Shown one piece after another: positions 18,138 through 27,432 of a stretch of 64,000 nt of DNA. The notes under the pieces were generated by a model. That model saw only the letters and a list, made by a program, of their open reading frames with translations. It searched no databases and was not told where the DNA came from. The stretch spans positions 11,521 through 75,520 of the forward strand of contig JAKIWS010000003.1 of NCBI GenBank assembly GCA_022749895.1, written 5' to 3'. Source of the stretch: Thermoplasmata archaeon (lineage in GTDB: Archaea; Thermoplasmatota; Thermoplasmata; Lutacidiplasmatales; UBA184). Positions within the stretch are counted from its first letter, which is position 1. Every line of letters starts with the position of its first letter. The position numbers were made by a program, and so were the translations under genes.

Positions 18138-19106
18138 TTACGCGGGTACCGACGTGGCGACCGGGTGGAAGATGTTCACGACCGTGACGAGGAAGATCAG
18201 CGTCTGGCCCGTGACTTCGCTGTTGTAGTCCACGGTGTAGGTGCTGTTCGCAAGGTCGACGGCGGTCACGATGAACCTCCCGTGGGCCGAGGAGGTGCAG
18301 GGCCCCGTCCCGAGGTAGTCGGTCCCGACGATGCGTCCGGCCCCGTCCGGGTTGAGTTGGTTAACGAGCGTGATCGACCCTGTTCCGTTGGGCGTAGAGC
18401 TCACGTTGCTGACGAGCAGCGGCCAGCCGGACGGGCTCGACGTCGTTCCGGCGACCGCCTCGTTCTCGATCGTCACGAACGACGCGTTGGCGGCCAGAAT
18501 GAGGACGTTCCAGCCGTAGTGCGGTTCCCGGAACTCGGTCCCGGAGGTCGCGAGCGCGGTCGGGTACAGCTTCTGGAACGTCGTCCCGGCCATCGTACGG
18601 AGGACGGGAAGTTGGAAACTGAGCGGCTCCTTCTCGATGCACCCGGGGTTCTTGCTGCCGTACCCGAGCGCGGGGGGCACGACGACGGCCTTCGTCTGGT
18701 TCCCGGGAAGGCCTACCAGACCCTGCCAGAACCCGGTCACGACCTGGATGAACGATTGCCCGCCCAGGTTGTAGCCGGACTGCGGGGTGTGACCCCCCAC
18801 GTGGACCGCGAGCGGCGTGTAGTTCGCGGCCCCGTTCCGGGCGCCAAACTCCAGGGATTTCGGATACGCGGCGGTGTTGATGGCGACCGAGTAGAGCGAG
18901 GTATCGAACACCCGACCCGCGTCCGGGCCGCTTCCAAAGATCCCGACGTAGTTGACCGTCGCGTTGTCGCCGATCCCGACGAGGGAAGGGGCTTTCGCCG
19001 GCGTGGGGCGATTGTGGAAGTAGAGCACCGCGGTGCCGGCGCTCGCGGCGATGATCGCCACGACGATGAGGATGATCGCGGGCGTCCAGCTGAACTGATT
19101 GGCCAT
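18138..19106 (-). CDS. membrane-anchored FKBP-type peptidyl-prolyl isomerase-like protein, extracellular
   Basis: N-terminal TM anchor. FKBP signatures GDNATVNYVGIF...GRVFDTS and VVTGFWQGLVGLPGNQTKAVVVPPALGYG, separated by an insert. A C-terminal beta-rich domain carries several N-x-S/T sequons. Confidence 0.55.
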   Translation of the reverse strand: MANQFSWTPAIILIVVAIIAASAGTAVLYFHNRPTPAKAPSLVGIGDNATVNYVGIFGSGPDAGRVFDTSLYSVAINTAAYPKSLEFGARNGAANYTPLAVHVGGHTPQSGYNLGGQSFIQVVTGFWQGLVGLPGNQTKAVVVPPALGYGSKNPGCIEKEPLSFQLPVLRTMAGTTFQKLYPTALATSGTEFREPHYGWNVLILAANASFVTIENEAVAGTTSSPSGWPLLVSNVSSTPNGTGSITLVNQLNPDGAGRIVGTDYLGTGPCTSSAHGRFIVTAVDLANSTYTVDYNSEVTGQTLIFLVTVVNIFHPVATSVPA

Positions 19107-19255
19107 AGCGGGAGGTTCCTACCGGGGGGTGGGGGTCGGCCCGTCGCATCTCTCGTCACGGGGATCGGAGAGACAGGTGTTCGTCATTCCCCCGCCGCCG
19201 ACACGGGGGGTGATATAAATCCATGGCCGGCGCGAAAGGCGGGTCGCCAGGGGGA

Positions 19256-20170
19256 CTACGCGCGACGGAGCTTGCCAACGATCGGCTCCTCGAGGACCCC
19301 GTCCTCCTCCAGGAAGTTCAACAGCTCCTCCGCCCGCTCCGCCGTGACGCCGCGGCCCGCGGCCGCTCGTACCGCGTCCCGAAGGTCCGCATACCCGTCG
19401 ATCGACCCCTCGGCGAGCCCGTCGATGACGTCCAGGAACGCGGACGCTTCGGCCTGTTCCGCGGCGGACCGGGCGGCGGCGGGCGCCGGAGGGGGGCTCC
19501 GCGTGATCCGCACCGACCCACGGCTGGGTTCGGGCCGGGCGGGAGGGGTGGTCGGTCCGAGCGCCGCGACGACGCTCGTGAGGGGGGTTCGAAATCGCGT
19601 GGCGTCGACCGCTGGATAGCGAAGCTTCGACGCGCGCGCGGCGCGCACCCACGCCGCCGGGACCCCGTCCGCGACGATCGCGGCGTCGGTTTCGGAGGGC
19701 GCGGCGGCGAGTCGCCGCACGAGGTCGATCCGGTCGAGCGTGTGGCGAAGCGTCTCGGCGAGCTGGGCGCGGTACGCTTCCACCCGAAGCGACCGCAAAC
19801 CCTCGGCCCGGACCGAAACGTAGGCGTTCCCGTCCCGGCCTCGAAACAAGTTTACGCGGCCCACCACCAGGGCGAGTCCCGGTTCGGCGTGCGCGCGCAG
19901 CAGGGCCATGGCCCGGGGTTGGAACGAGCCGGCGGTCACGCTGACCGTTCCGGTCGGGTCGGCGAGGCGCGCCCGAAGGAACGGGGCTCCCTCCGGCCGC
20001 CCGACGGGTTCCGCCGGCGTGAGCGTCCCGGCCACGAGCACGCGGCTCATCCGGGCGCCCAACGGGGAGAGAAGGTAGCTCGCCGCCTTTTCGCCCGCCC
20101 CTTTCTCCTCCTCGACCGCCGCGTTGAATTCGACGGCCAGGACCCGCCACGCCGGTTCGCGTCGGCTCAC
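19256..20170 (-). CDS. replication protein A, RPA32-like subunit
   Basis: C-terminal 304 aa of track ORF 19256..21142. The GTG at 20170 overlaps the upstream RPA stop (GTGA). OB-fold segment LLSPLGARMSRVLVAGTL...DPTGTVSVTAG, plus a winged-helix-like C-terminus. Confidence 0.65.
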   Translation of the reverse strand: MSRREPAWRVLAVEFNAAVEEEKGAGEKAASYLLSPLGARMSRVLVAGTLTPAEPVGRPEGAPFLRARLADPTGTVSVTAGSFQPRAMALLRAHAEPGLALVVGRVNLFRGRDGNAYVSVRAEGLRSLRVEAYRAQLAETLRHTLDRIDLVRRLAAAPSETDAAIVADGVPAAWVRAARASKLRYPAVDATRFRTPLTSVVAALGPTTPPARPEPSRGSVRITRSPPPAPAAARSAAEQAEASAFLDVIDGLAEGSIDGYADLRDAVRAAAGRGVTAERAEELLNFLEEDGVLEEPIVGKLRRA

Positions 20171-21339
20171 GGGAGCACCTTCAACAGCCGGTGTCCGAGC
20201 TCCCCCACGTCCGGAGAAGTCGCCGCCGCGGCGCGTTCGATCTTCGTCGGGTAGACGCTGACGCCGAAATCGTCGACCGACGCATCGCCGCGCACCCGGA
20301 GCCGTTCGCCGAACGTCCGCTCGAACAGCTCTTCTTCGACGCGAGAGGCGTCCGGTTGGCTGCGGAGCTTCTCGAGCCACTCTTCCAGGGTGTGGCCTCC
20401 GAGCGCCTCCGCATCTGCCCGTCCGGCTTGGATCGTCGCGCTCCCCGTCCCGTCGTCGAGGACCAGCCGGGCCCGAAGGTCGGCCTCGCCGTCCACGCGG
20501 CCGTGGAGCCGGCAGAGTCCCTGCTGGGTCTGGCGCCGGCAGGTCGGGCATCGGTAGACGATCCCGCTCGGGGGGGAGAGGCCCACAACGAGCCCTTCCA
20601 CGCAAACGTCGACGCCGCCCCCGGACGCTTCGACCTCCGCGAGCGAACGCGGCGGTGAGTTCGCAAGAGCGTCGGAAGGCGGCAGATTGGTACCGGAGAT
20701 CCGCTCGACCTGGGCGCGCTCGTCGAGGACCAGCTGGGGACGGCCCCGGAAGCTCCCGACGTACCCCCCGGAGATGCGGAGCGCCTCGCCGGCCTTCATT
20801 CGGAAATCGGTCCAGCTCGAGAACGCGAGCACGCCGCTCGCATCCCCGAGGACGCCCTCGTGAACGACCCGTCGCTCGTCGCCCACCGTGACGTTCTTCT
20901 CGCCGACACGAACGACCCGCGCTTCTACGCGCAATCCCTCGTCGCGGGGCCGGAGTGATGCGACGGGGCGGAGGGGGAGGTCCTCCGAGCTCATGGTGGG
21001 TAGTTCGAGCGCGCTGCCCTCCGCGACGCGGCTCTTCCAGTCGAATGTCACCTCGAGACGGCCCCGGAACTCTCGGACCTTGGCGTTCGCGACCCGAACG
21101 ACCGTCCCGCGCTCGATGCCCTCGGGCGGGGGGTCCCACCACGTGAACCGGACCGAGGCGGTGCCGTCGCTCAGCAGTCCGGAAAGCAGCGTGCGACGTC
21201 CCCCGTCCGTTTTCCGCGTGATCTCGCGTCGTGCGACCGAGACGACCCGCGCGATGAGGGCGATCCCGCCGTCCGTGGCGCGGAGGTCCTTCAAGCGAAC
21301 CTCGCTCGCGGGATCGGTGGGGGGATTCTCGGGCATCAT
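20167..21339 (-). CDS. replication protein A, large subunit (OB folds plus zinc finger)
   Basis: Repeated OB-fold segments and a CPTCRRQTQQGLCRLHG zinc motif. Start set to the MM at 21339, downstream of the T-rich box GTTTTTTATC (21376-21385, minus strand). Confidence 0.75.
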   Translation of the reverse strand: MMPENPPTDPASEVRLKDLRATDGGIALIARVVSVARREITRKTDGGRRTLLSGLLSDGTASVRFTWWDPPPEGIERGTVVRVANAKVREFRGRLEVTFDWKSRVAEGSALELPTMSSEDLPLRPVASLRPRDEGLRVEARVVRVGEKNVTVGDERRVVHEGVLGDASGVLAFSSWTDFRMKAGEALRISGGYVGSFRGRPQLVLDERAQVERISGTNLPPSDALANSPPRSLAEVEASGGGVDVCVEGLVVGLSPPSGIVYRCPTCRRQTQQGLCRLHGRVDGEADLRARLVLDDGTGSATIQAGRADAEALGGHTLEEWLEKLRSQPDASRVEEELFERTFGERLRVRGDASVDDFGVSVYPTKIERAAAATSPDVGELGHRLLKVLP

Positions 21340-21460
21340 CGGGTGCTCAACGAACGGTCGTGAGAGGCCTCGCCCGATAAAAAACGTGAGCGCGTCCTCG
21401 AACGGTGGACGGGGCTTTCCCCGTCGCAACCATTTTCCACCTTACGACCTGCTGAAGGTC

Positions 21461-22318
21461 GTGGCTCTCAAATTTCAGGCGAAGGTCGACCGCATCTTGG
21501 CGGCCCGCAACTCGCTGCTGTGCGTCGGACTCGACCCGGATCTCGCCCAGCTCCCTCGCTCCGTCCGCCGAGGGTCCGAGACCGCGGTGCTGACCCGGTT
21601 CCTAAACGGGGTCATCGACGCGACGTACCCGGTGACCGCCGCGTACAAGATGCAGCTCGGGGCCTACTTGGCCTTCGGACCGGAGGGGGTCGCGCTGCTC
21701 CCGAAGCTGACGCACAAGATCGGGCCGACGCGGCTCAAGATCCTCGACCTCAAGGGCAACGACATCCCGAACACGATGCGGATGATCCGGGACGGGGCGT
21801 TCGACCGGTTCGGGTTCGACGCGATCACGGTCACCCCCTGGCTGGGCTGGGAGACCCTGACGCCGTTCCTCGACGACCCGACCCACGGCGTCTTCGTGGT
21901 CGCGCACTCGTCGAATCCCGGCGCCGCCGACTTCCAGGAGATCCCCACCCCCCGCGGTCCGCTCTGGCTCGCTGTGGTCGCGGAGGCGCGCAAGCTCGCC
22001 GACGCCCACGGCAACGTCGGCGTCGTCGTCGGCGCCACGTACGCCGACGCCGTGCGGCTCGCCCGGGAATCGCTGGGCAACCAGGTCCCGATCCTCGTCC
22101 CGGGCGTCGGGGCCCAAGGAGGTCAGCTCTCCACGACCGTGCGCGAGGGCGCGGACGCGACCGGACGTGCGCTCATCGTGAACGCGTCCCGGAGCATCCT
22201 CTACGCCTCGAACGGCCCCGACTGGAAGAAGGCCGCTGGGAGCGAGGCGGGGCGGCTCTCGACCCAGATCAACCAGCTGCGATCAGGTCTGAGTAAACGC
22301 GGAGCAGCTCGCGGGTAA
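21461..22318 (+). CDS. pyrF: orotidine 5'-phosphate decarboxylase (type 2)
   Basis: C-terminal 285 aa of track ORF 20888..22318. GTG at 21461. Motifs NSLLCVGLDP, KILDLKGNDIPNT, VPGVGAQGG. Confidence 0.8.
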   Translation: MALKFQAKVDRILAARNSLLCVGLDPDLAQLPRSVRRGSETAVLTRFLNGVIDATYPVTAAYKMQLGAYLAFGPEGVALLPKLTHKIGPTRLKILDLKGNDIPNTMRMIRDGAFDRFGFDAITVTPWLGWETLTPFLDDPTHGVFVVAHSSNPGAADFQEIPTPRGPLWLAVVAEARKLADAHGNVGVVVGATYADAVRLARESLGNQVPILVPGVGAQGGQLSTTVREGADATGRALIVNASRSILYASNGPDWKKAAGSEAGRLSTQINQLRSGLSKRGAARG

Positions 22319-23408
22319 CGACGGGGAGCGCGAAGCGCTCCTCCGCCCGCTGGCGGGCGGCCCGACCCATCCTTCGCCGACGCTCCGGGTCGTCGAGCAG
22401 CTCGCGGAGCTTCGCGGCGAGGTCGCCACGGATCATCGGCTCGACCAAAAGTCCCTCGCGCCCGGGTTCGATCACTTCCCGGACCCCGGGCATGTCGGCG
22501 ATCACGACGGGGAGACCGGTCGCCATCGCCTCGGCGACGACGAGGCCGAATCCCTCGAGGCGGTTCTGGGACGGGAAGACGAACAGGTCCGCGACGCCGA
22601 GGTGGGAGGGCAGCGCGTCGTCCGAGACGTCCGAAAGGAACCGGACCCGGTCCTCGACCCCCAGTCGCCGCGCGAAGGCCTTCAAGGGGGCGAGGTGGGG
22701 GCCCCGACCGATCACGAGGAGGGCGACGTCCGCGGGAAGGTCGGGCAGGACGCGGAGGAGGCCGTCCACGCCCTTGTGCGGGACGAGGCGGCCGGCGAAG
22801 GCGATCACGCGCTGGCCCTCGAGGCCGAGCCGTTGGCGGACCTGGTCCGAGTCGACGCTGGGCCGGAACCGACGGACGTCGACGGCCGAGGGGATGATCT
22901 CCAGCCGCCGCCCCCGAAGGGCACCTGAGGTGACCCCGTAGCTCCGCGTATGGACGATCACCCGGCCCGCCCGTCGCACTGTGGGCGGCCAGAAGTACCG
23001 GGAGAAGAGACCGGTGAGGAAGCGGCCGGTGACGCCGGGGAGGTAGAGGTCGCAATGGTACGTGAGGCACATCGGCGGTCCTCCCCGAGGCAGGGCTTGG
23101 GCGAGAAAGTACGAGGTGAGGGGGGGTGGATAGTGGGCGTGCACGATATCGGCCTTCGCGGCGACGCTTCGAACGACGCGGCCGATCGACGGGGCGATCG
23201 GCGTGTTCAGCACGACCGCCCACGACGGGACGCGGACGATGTGGATCCCGTCCAGTTCCTCCGACCGCGGGAGGCCCCGGGCGTGCTGGGAGGTGACGAC
23301 GGTGACCTCGTGGCCCTGGCGGTGGAGCTCTCCCGCGATCGACCGGACGTGGGATTCCACGCCCCCGGCGTGGGGATAGAAGAACGGAGCGACCTGAACG
23401 ATGCGCAC
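22269..23408 (-). CDS. glycosyltransferase family 4 (GT-B, Glycos_transf_1)
   Basis: 379 aa. N-terminus MRIVQVAPFFYPHAGGVE and C-terminal EGFGLVVAEAMATGLPVV motif. Confidence 0.85.
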   Translation of the reverse strand: MRIVQVAPFFYPHAGGVESHVRSIAGELHRQGHEVTVVTSQHARGLPRSEELDGIHIVRVPSWAVVLNTPIAPSIGRVVRSVAAKADIVHAHYPPPLTSYFLAQALPRGGPPMCLTYHCDLYLPGVTGRFLTGLFSRYFWPPTVRRAGRVIVHTRSYGVTSGALRGRRLEIIPSAVDVRRFRPSVDSDQVRQRLGLEGQRVIAFAGRLVPHKGVDGLLRVLPDLPADVALLVIGRGPHLAPLKAFARRLGVEDRVRFLSDVSDDALPSHLGVADLFVFPSQNRLEGFGLVVAEAMATGLPVVIADMPGVREVIEPGREGLLVEPMIRGDLAAKLRELLDDPERRRRMGRAARQRAEERFALPVVTRELLRVYSDLIAAG

Positions 23409-23465
23409 GGCGCCCCTTCAGCCGGTCGCTCGGACCCGGGTCATCGCCGGCGCGAGGAGGCGGGC

Positions 23466-24404
23466 CTACACCGCGGATTTGGGCGCCACGGGGGGCGCGG
23501 GCATCGATTCCCGGCCCTGCATGAGTTCCGTCTCGGCGAGGATCGCGACGTCCAGTCCGCGCATCGCTTCCCCGAGGCCCGCCGAGATGCGGGCGAGCAC
23601 CGCGGGGTCGTCGAAGTGGAGCGACGCCTCGACGATCGCGCGCGCGACCTTCCGAGGGTGTTCGGCCTTGAAGATCCCGCTGCCGACGAAGACGCCGTCG
23701 ACGCCGAGCAGACGGCAGAGCGCCGCGTCGGCCGGGGTCGCGATGCCGCCGGCGGCAAAGTTCACGACGGGGAGCCGGCCCAATTCGCGTACCTCGTTCG
23801 CGAGCTTCTCGGGCACCCGCACCTGGGCCGCCCAGGCACCGACCTCCTTCTTCGGGAGCGCCTTGAGGGCGTCGATCTCTTGCCGGACCGTCCAGATGTG
23901 GCGGACCGCTTCGACAATGTTCCCGGTACCCGCCTCGCCCTTCGTCCGGATCATCGCCGCACCTTCGTCGATCCGGCGTAAGGCCTCGCCGAGATTCCGG
24001 GCGCCGCAGACGAACGGGACTTTGAACTGCTTCTTCGCGACGTGGTGGAACGGGTCGGCGGGCGTCAGCACCTCGGATTCGTCGACCATGTCGACCCCGA
24101 GACTTTCGAGGATCTGCGCCTCGGACGTGTGCCCGATGCGGCATTTGGCCATGACCGGAATGGAGACGCGCTCTTGGATCTCCTTGATCTTGAGCGGGTC
24201 GGCCATCCGGGCGACCCCACCGACGGCGCGGATGTCGGCCGGCACGCGCTCCAACGCCATCACCGCGACGGCGCCGGCCTCCTCCGCGACCGCCGCCTGT
24301 TCCGCCGTCGTGACGTCCATGATGACTCCGCCCTGGGTCATCTTGGCGAAGCCGCGCTTCACGAGCTCCGTGCCAAAGCGAAGCTTGGTCGTCGGGTCGG
24401 CCAT
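23466..24404 (-). CDS. pdxS: pyridoxal 5'-phosphate synthase lyase subunit
   Basis: 312 aa with highly conserved PdxS segments [57 protein letters not shown]. Confidence 0.95.
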   Translation of the reverse strand: MADPTTKLRFGTELVKRGFAKMTQGGVIMDVTTAEQAAVAEEAGAVAVMALERVPADIRAVGGVARMADPLKIKEIQERVSIPVMAKCRIGHTSEAQILESLGVDMVDESEVLTPADPFHHVAKKQFKVPFVCGARNLGEALRRIDEGAAMIRTKGEAGTGNIVEAVRHIWTVRQEIDALKALPKKEVGAWAAQVRVPEKLANEVRELGRLPVVNFAAGGIATPADAALCRLLGVDGVFVGSGIFKAEHPRKVARAIVEASLHFDDPAVLARISAGLGEAMRGLDVAILAETELMQGRESMPAPPVAPKSAV

Positions 24405-24509
24405 CGACTACTGTTGGGGCACTGGAACGTATAAGAAGTGAGGTGGCGGCGCGCCGCTCCTCGGGGCGCGCCGTCGGCAAACCGTAATAGGGGACCCCCC
24501 CGTGCGACA

Positions 24510-24605
24510 CTCCGCCGGGGGAGCTGTGCAACGGCTGAGAGGACGGGATCCACCCGTCGACCCCACGAACCTGACCGGGGTAATGCCCGCGAAGGGATCG
24601 CGATG
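24510..24605 (+). promoter_or_regulatory. TPP (thiamine pyrophosphate, THI-box) riboswitch aptamer
   Basis: GGGGAGC...GGCTGAGAGGACGGGATCCACCCGTC-GACCCCACGAACCTGACCGGGGTAATGCCCGCGAAGGGA matches the TPP aptamer core (GGGG.GC, CUGAGA, ACCC, GAACCUGA, UAAUGCC.GCG.AGGGA). It lies in the 240-nt leader of an ABC importer operon. The boundaries are approximate. Confidence 0.85.
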
Positions 24606-24643
24606 GGTCGTCTGAGAGCTCCGACCGCGGGAACGCGGTAGGA

Positions 24644-25813
24644 ATGCAGTCGACGTCCCCGGGGTCGGCCCCGGTCGCTCGTCGCCCGCCCGGACGGGTG
24701 GGTCGGCGATTCCTCGCCGTCGTGATCGTTCTGGTCGTTGCGCTCCCCGCCTACGGCGCGTACGTCGAGCTCACCTCCCTGCGTCCGCACGGTGAGCCCA
24801 CGATCACCGTCTACACCTACGCGAGCTTCCTGGGAGGCTCGTGCGGTTCGCCGCTGTTCGATGCGGTCTTTGGAGCGTTCGGCCGCGCGCACGGGGTCCA
24901 CGTTCAAGTTCTCTGCCCCGCCGGCACGCTCGTCACCGCGCTCGCCAACGAACAGAACGCGCCGGTCGCGGACGTCGTGATCGGCCTCGACGAAGTCACG
25001 GCCCCCCAGGCGGACCGGCTCGGCCTGCTCGTTCCGTACGTCGCTCCCGGGCTCGCGCACGTTCCGGCCGCGATCGTCGGCGAGCTGAGTCCCGATCACG
25101 CGGTGACGCCGTACGAGTACGGCTACCTCGCGATCGACTACACCACCAGCTTCGCGGCCGCCACGCACGGGGCGATCGCTTCCTCCGCCTTCCCGCAGAT
25201 CGCGGCGAACCTCTCGTGGGCCCGGGGGCTGATGATCGAAGACCCGCCCACCGACATCACGGGCGAGGAGCTGCTCGCCTGGCAGGTGGCGTTCTACCAG
25301 TACGTCCTCCACCAACCGTGGCAATCGTTCTGGAACGCGGTCGATGGTTCCGTTCGGGTCGCGCCCGACTGGTCGACCGCCTTCGGAGCGTTCACCTCCC
25401 CCGGCGCCGCCCCCGCGATGGTCGTCAGCTACCTCACCGACCCGGCGTACGCCGCGTTCACGAACAGCTCCGGGGCGTTCAACGCGACCGTGAGCACGTG
25501 GAACGGAACGCAGTACGGTTGGCGCACCATCTACGGAGCCGGTATCGTCAGGAGTTCCCCGCACCTTGCGCTCGACCGCGCGCTGCTCGACTGGCTCATT
25601 AGCGGGGCGGTGCAATCGCTCCTCCCGACTTCGGAATGGGAGATCCCGGCGAACGTAACCGTCCCCCTTCCGGCCGCTTACGCCGCGATGCCGAACGCGA
25701 CGCTCGTCCGGCCGCTCAACGACTTCACCACGCCGAACGCCACGGACGTCGGTCTCCACAGTCCGCAGGGTTGGCTCGATCAATGGCAGGGGATCGCCAA
25801 CACCCACCCGTGA
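24644..25813 (+). CDS. ABC transporter substrate-binding protein (thiamine/iron TbpA-type), membrane-anchored
   Basis: 389 aa with an N-terminal TM/signal anchor. Periplasmic-binding-protein-like fold pattern (TVYTYASF...). Preceded by the TPP riboswitch. Confidence 0.7.
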   Translation: MQSTSPGSAPVARRPPGRVGRRFLAVVIVLVVALPAYGAYVELTSLRPHGEPTITVYTYASFLGGSCGSPLFDAVFGAFGRAHGVHVQVLCPAGTLVTALANEQNAPVADVVIGLDEVTAPQADRLGLLVPYVAPGLAHVPAAIVGELSPDHAVTPYEYGYLAIDYTTSFAAATHGAIASSAFPQIAANLSWARGLMIEDPPTDITGEELLAWQVAFYQYVLHQPWQSFWNAVDGSVRVAPDWSTAFGAFTSPGAAPAMVVSYLTDPAYAAFTNSSGAFNATVSTWNGTQYGWRTIYGAGIVRSSPHLALDRALLDWLISGAVQSLLPTSEWEIPANVTVPLPAAYAAMPNATLVRPLNDFTTPNATDVGLHSPQGWLDQWQGIANTHP

Positions 25814-27432
25814 GGCTCCGCGGCGAATCGCTCGCGCTCCTCCCCGCCCTCGGTTTCATCGTCCTGTTCGCGCTCCTTCCGGCGCTCGCGCTGTTCGCGA
25901 GCAGTGTCGCAGCGGAAGGAGGAGCGCCCGGGATCCTCCAGGTCCTCCGCGACCCGGTCAACGCCCAGGCGGTCGTCAACTCGTTCGAGCAGGGCGGGCT
26001 GAGCGCGGTCGGCGCCGTCGCCGTGGGGTACCCGGCGGGTGTTCTTCTCGGCCGCTACGAGTTCGTGGGGCGTCGCACGCTCTTCGGCGTCCTCCTCGTG
26101 CCGTTCCTCCTCCCGGCGCTCATCGTCGTCGCCGGGGTCGGCGCCCTGTTCGGCGGAGGCGGCCTGATCAGTCAGGCGGCGCCGATCACGGCCGTCTTGG
26201 GTCGCGGGATCCCGGGCATTGTCACCGTCAACGTCGTGTTCAACGCCCCGATCGTCGCTCTCCTCACCGCCACCGGGGTTGCGGGAGCTTCCCCCGAGCT
26301 CGAGGAGACGGTCGCCACGCTCGGCGGGTCACCGACCCAACGGTTCCGGGACGTCTGGGGCCCGGCGTCGTCCCTCGGCGCGATCGCCGGCGGGCTTCTC
26401 ACGTTCCTCTTCTCGGCCCTGGCGTTCGCCGCGCCGCTCCTCATCTGCGGGGCCCGGTGCTACACCTTGGAAGCCCGGGTCTACACCCTCGACCAGACCT
26501 TCGTGCAACCCCACGCGGCCGGGGTCCTCGCTCTCGTCATGGTCCTCCTCGTCCTCCCACCCGCCGCGGCCTACGTCCTGCTGGCCCAGAGGCTGCGCGC
26601 CCGGACGCGGAGTGCCCGCGATGTCCGCCGGCGGATTCCATGGCGGTCGCCCCTCGCCTGGCCCGCCCTCGCCATCACCCTCGCTTTCTTCGGCATCATC
26701 GCGCTCGTCCTGGGGGCCGTTGTCGTTCGGAGCGTGCAGCCCGGTCGCGGGGCTCCCGCGCTGGGCGAGGGCTGGGCGACGCTGTTCGGTCCGGCGGTCA
26801 CGTCGGCCCTCGGGATCTCGGCGGGGGGGGCCCTCGCGAACACGCTGCTCTTTGCCGCTCTCGCGGCGGGCATCGCGCTCGTCCTCGGGGTCGTGGGCGG
26901 GTTCGCGTACGGAGGAGCGAGGACGACTCCCCGGATCGTCCCGTTCGTGCTCTTCCTGCCGCTCGTGATCTCCCCGGTCGTCCTCTCCTTCTCCCTCGCG
27001 ACGTTCTGGCGCCCGCTCCTCGGCGGCGCGTCCACCGTCTGGGCGCTCATCGTCGTGAGCCAAGCGACCTTGGCGCTCCCCTTCGCGTTCCAGGTCTTCG
27101 GCGTCGCGCTGGGCCGACTTTCCCCGCAGCGCCGGGACGCGGCCCGATTGCTCGGCGCTTCGCCGTTCGCGGCGTACCTTGACATCGAGGTTCCCCTCGC
27201 CCGTCGGGGTCTCGTCACCGCCGCGCTGTTCGCCCTCGCGATCGCGCTCGGGGAGTTCACGGCGACGTACTTTCTCGCCACGGCGCGTTTCACGACGCTC
27301 CCGGTCGCGCTCTACCGCCTCCTGGCCCTTCGGGCGACCGCCCCGGCGAACGCCCTCGCGGGCCTCCTCGTGGTCCTGACGCTCGTCGTCTTCTTCGTGA
27401 TCGCCCGGAGGGGGGAACGTGTCAGCCTCTGA
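25810..27432 (+). CDS. ABC transporter permease, duplicated (ThiP/FbpB-type, ~12 TM)
   Basis: The C-terminal 540 aa of track ORF 25636..27432 are hydrophobic throughout. The GTG at 25810 overlaps the upstream stop (GTGA). Confidence 0.75.
   Translation: MRLRGESLALLPALGFIVLFALLPALALFASSVAAEGGAPGILQVLRDPVNAQAVVNSFEQGGLSAVGAVAVGYPAGVLLGRYEFVGRRTLFGVLLVPFLLPALIVVAGVGALFGGGGLISQAAPITAVLGRGIPGIVTVNVVFNAPIVALLTATGVAGASPELEETVATLGGSPTQRFRDVWGPASSLGAIAGGLLTFLFSALAFAAPLLICGARCYTLEARVYTLDQTFVQPHAAGVLALVMVLLVLPPAAAYVLLAQRLRARTRSARDVRRRIPWRSPLAWPALAITLAFFGIIALVLGAVVVRSVQPGRGAPALGEGWATLFGPAVTSALGISAGGALANTLLFAALAAGIALVLGVVGGFAYGGARTTPRIVPFVLFLPLVISPVVLSFSLATFWRPLLGGASTVWALIVVSQATLALPFAFQVFGVALGRLSPQRRDAARLLGASPFAAYLDIEVPLARRGLVTAALFALAIALGEFTATYFLATARFTTLPVALYRLLALRATAPANALAGLLVVLTLVVFFVIARRGERVSL

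Noticed and set aside
19223-20254. A plus-strand ATG directly after the A/T box GTGATATAAATCC (19209-19221) opens a 343-aa ORF.
   Set aside because: The ORF is antisense to the RPA32-like gene and translates to Arg/Gly/Pro-rich sequence. The box more plausibly serves the minus-strand FKBP-like gene, or is bidirectional noise.
22201-24531. Very long ORFs on the opposite strand or in the wrong frame of recognised genes. Examples: 22201..24531 (776 aa), 4100..5743, 14498..16411, 27463..30048, 28373..30463, 33848..36079, 50263..53253.
   Set aside because: Their translations are dominated by Arg/Pro/Gly/Asp runs with no motifs. Each is fully shadowed by a gene with strong family signatures. They are the expected stop-poor antisense frames of a high-GC genome.
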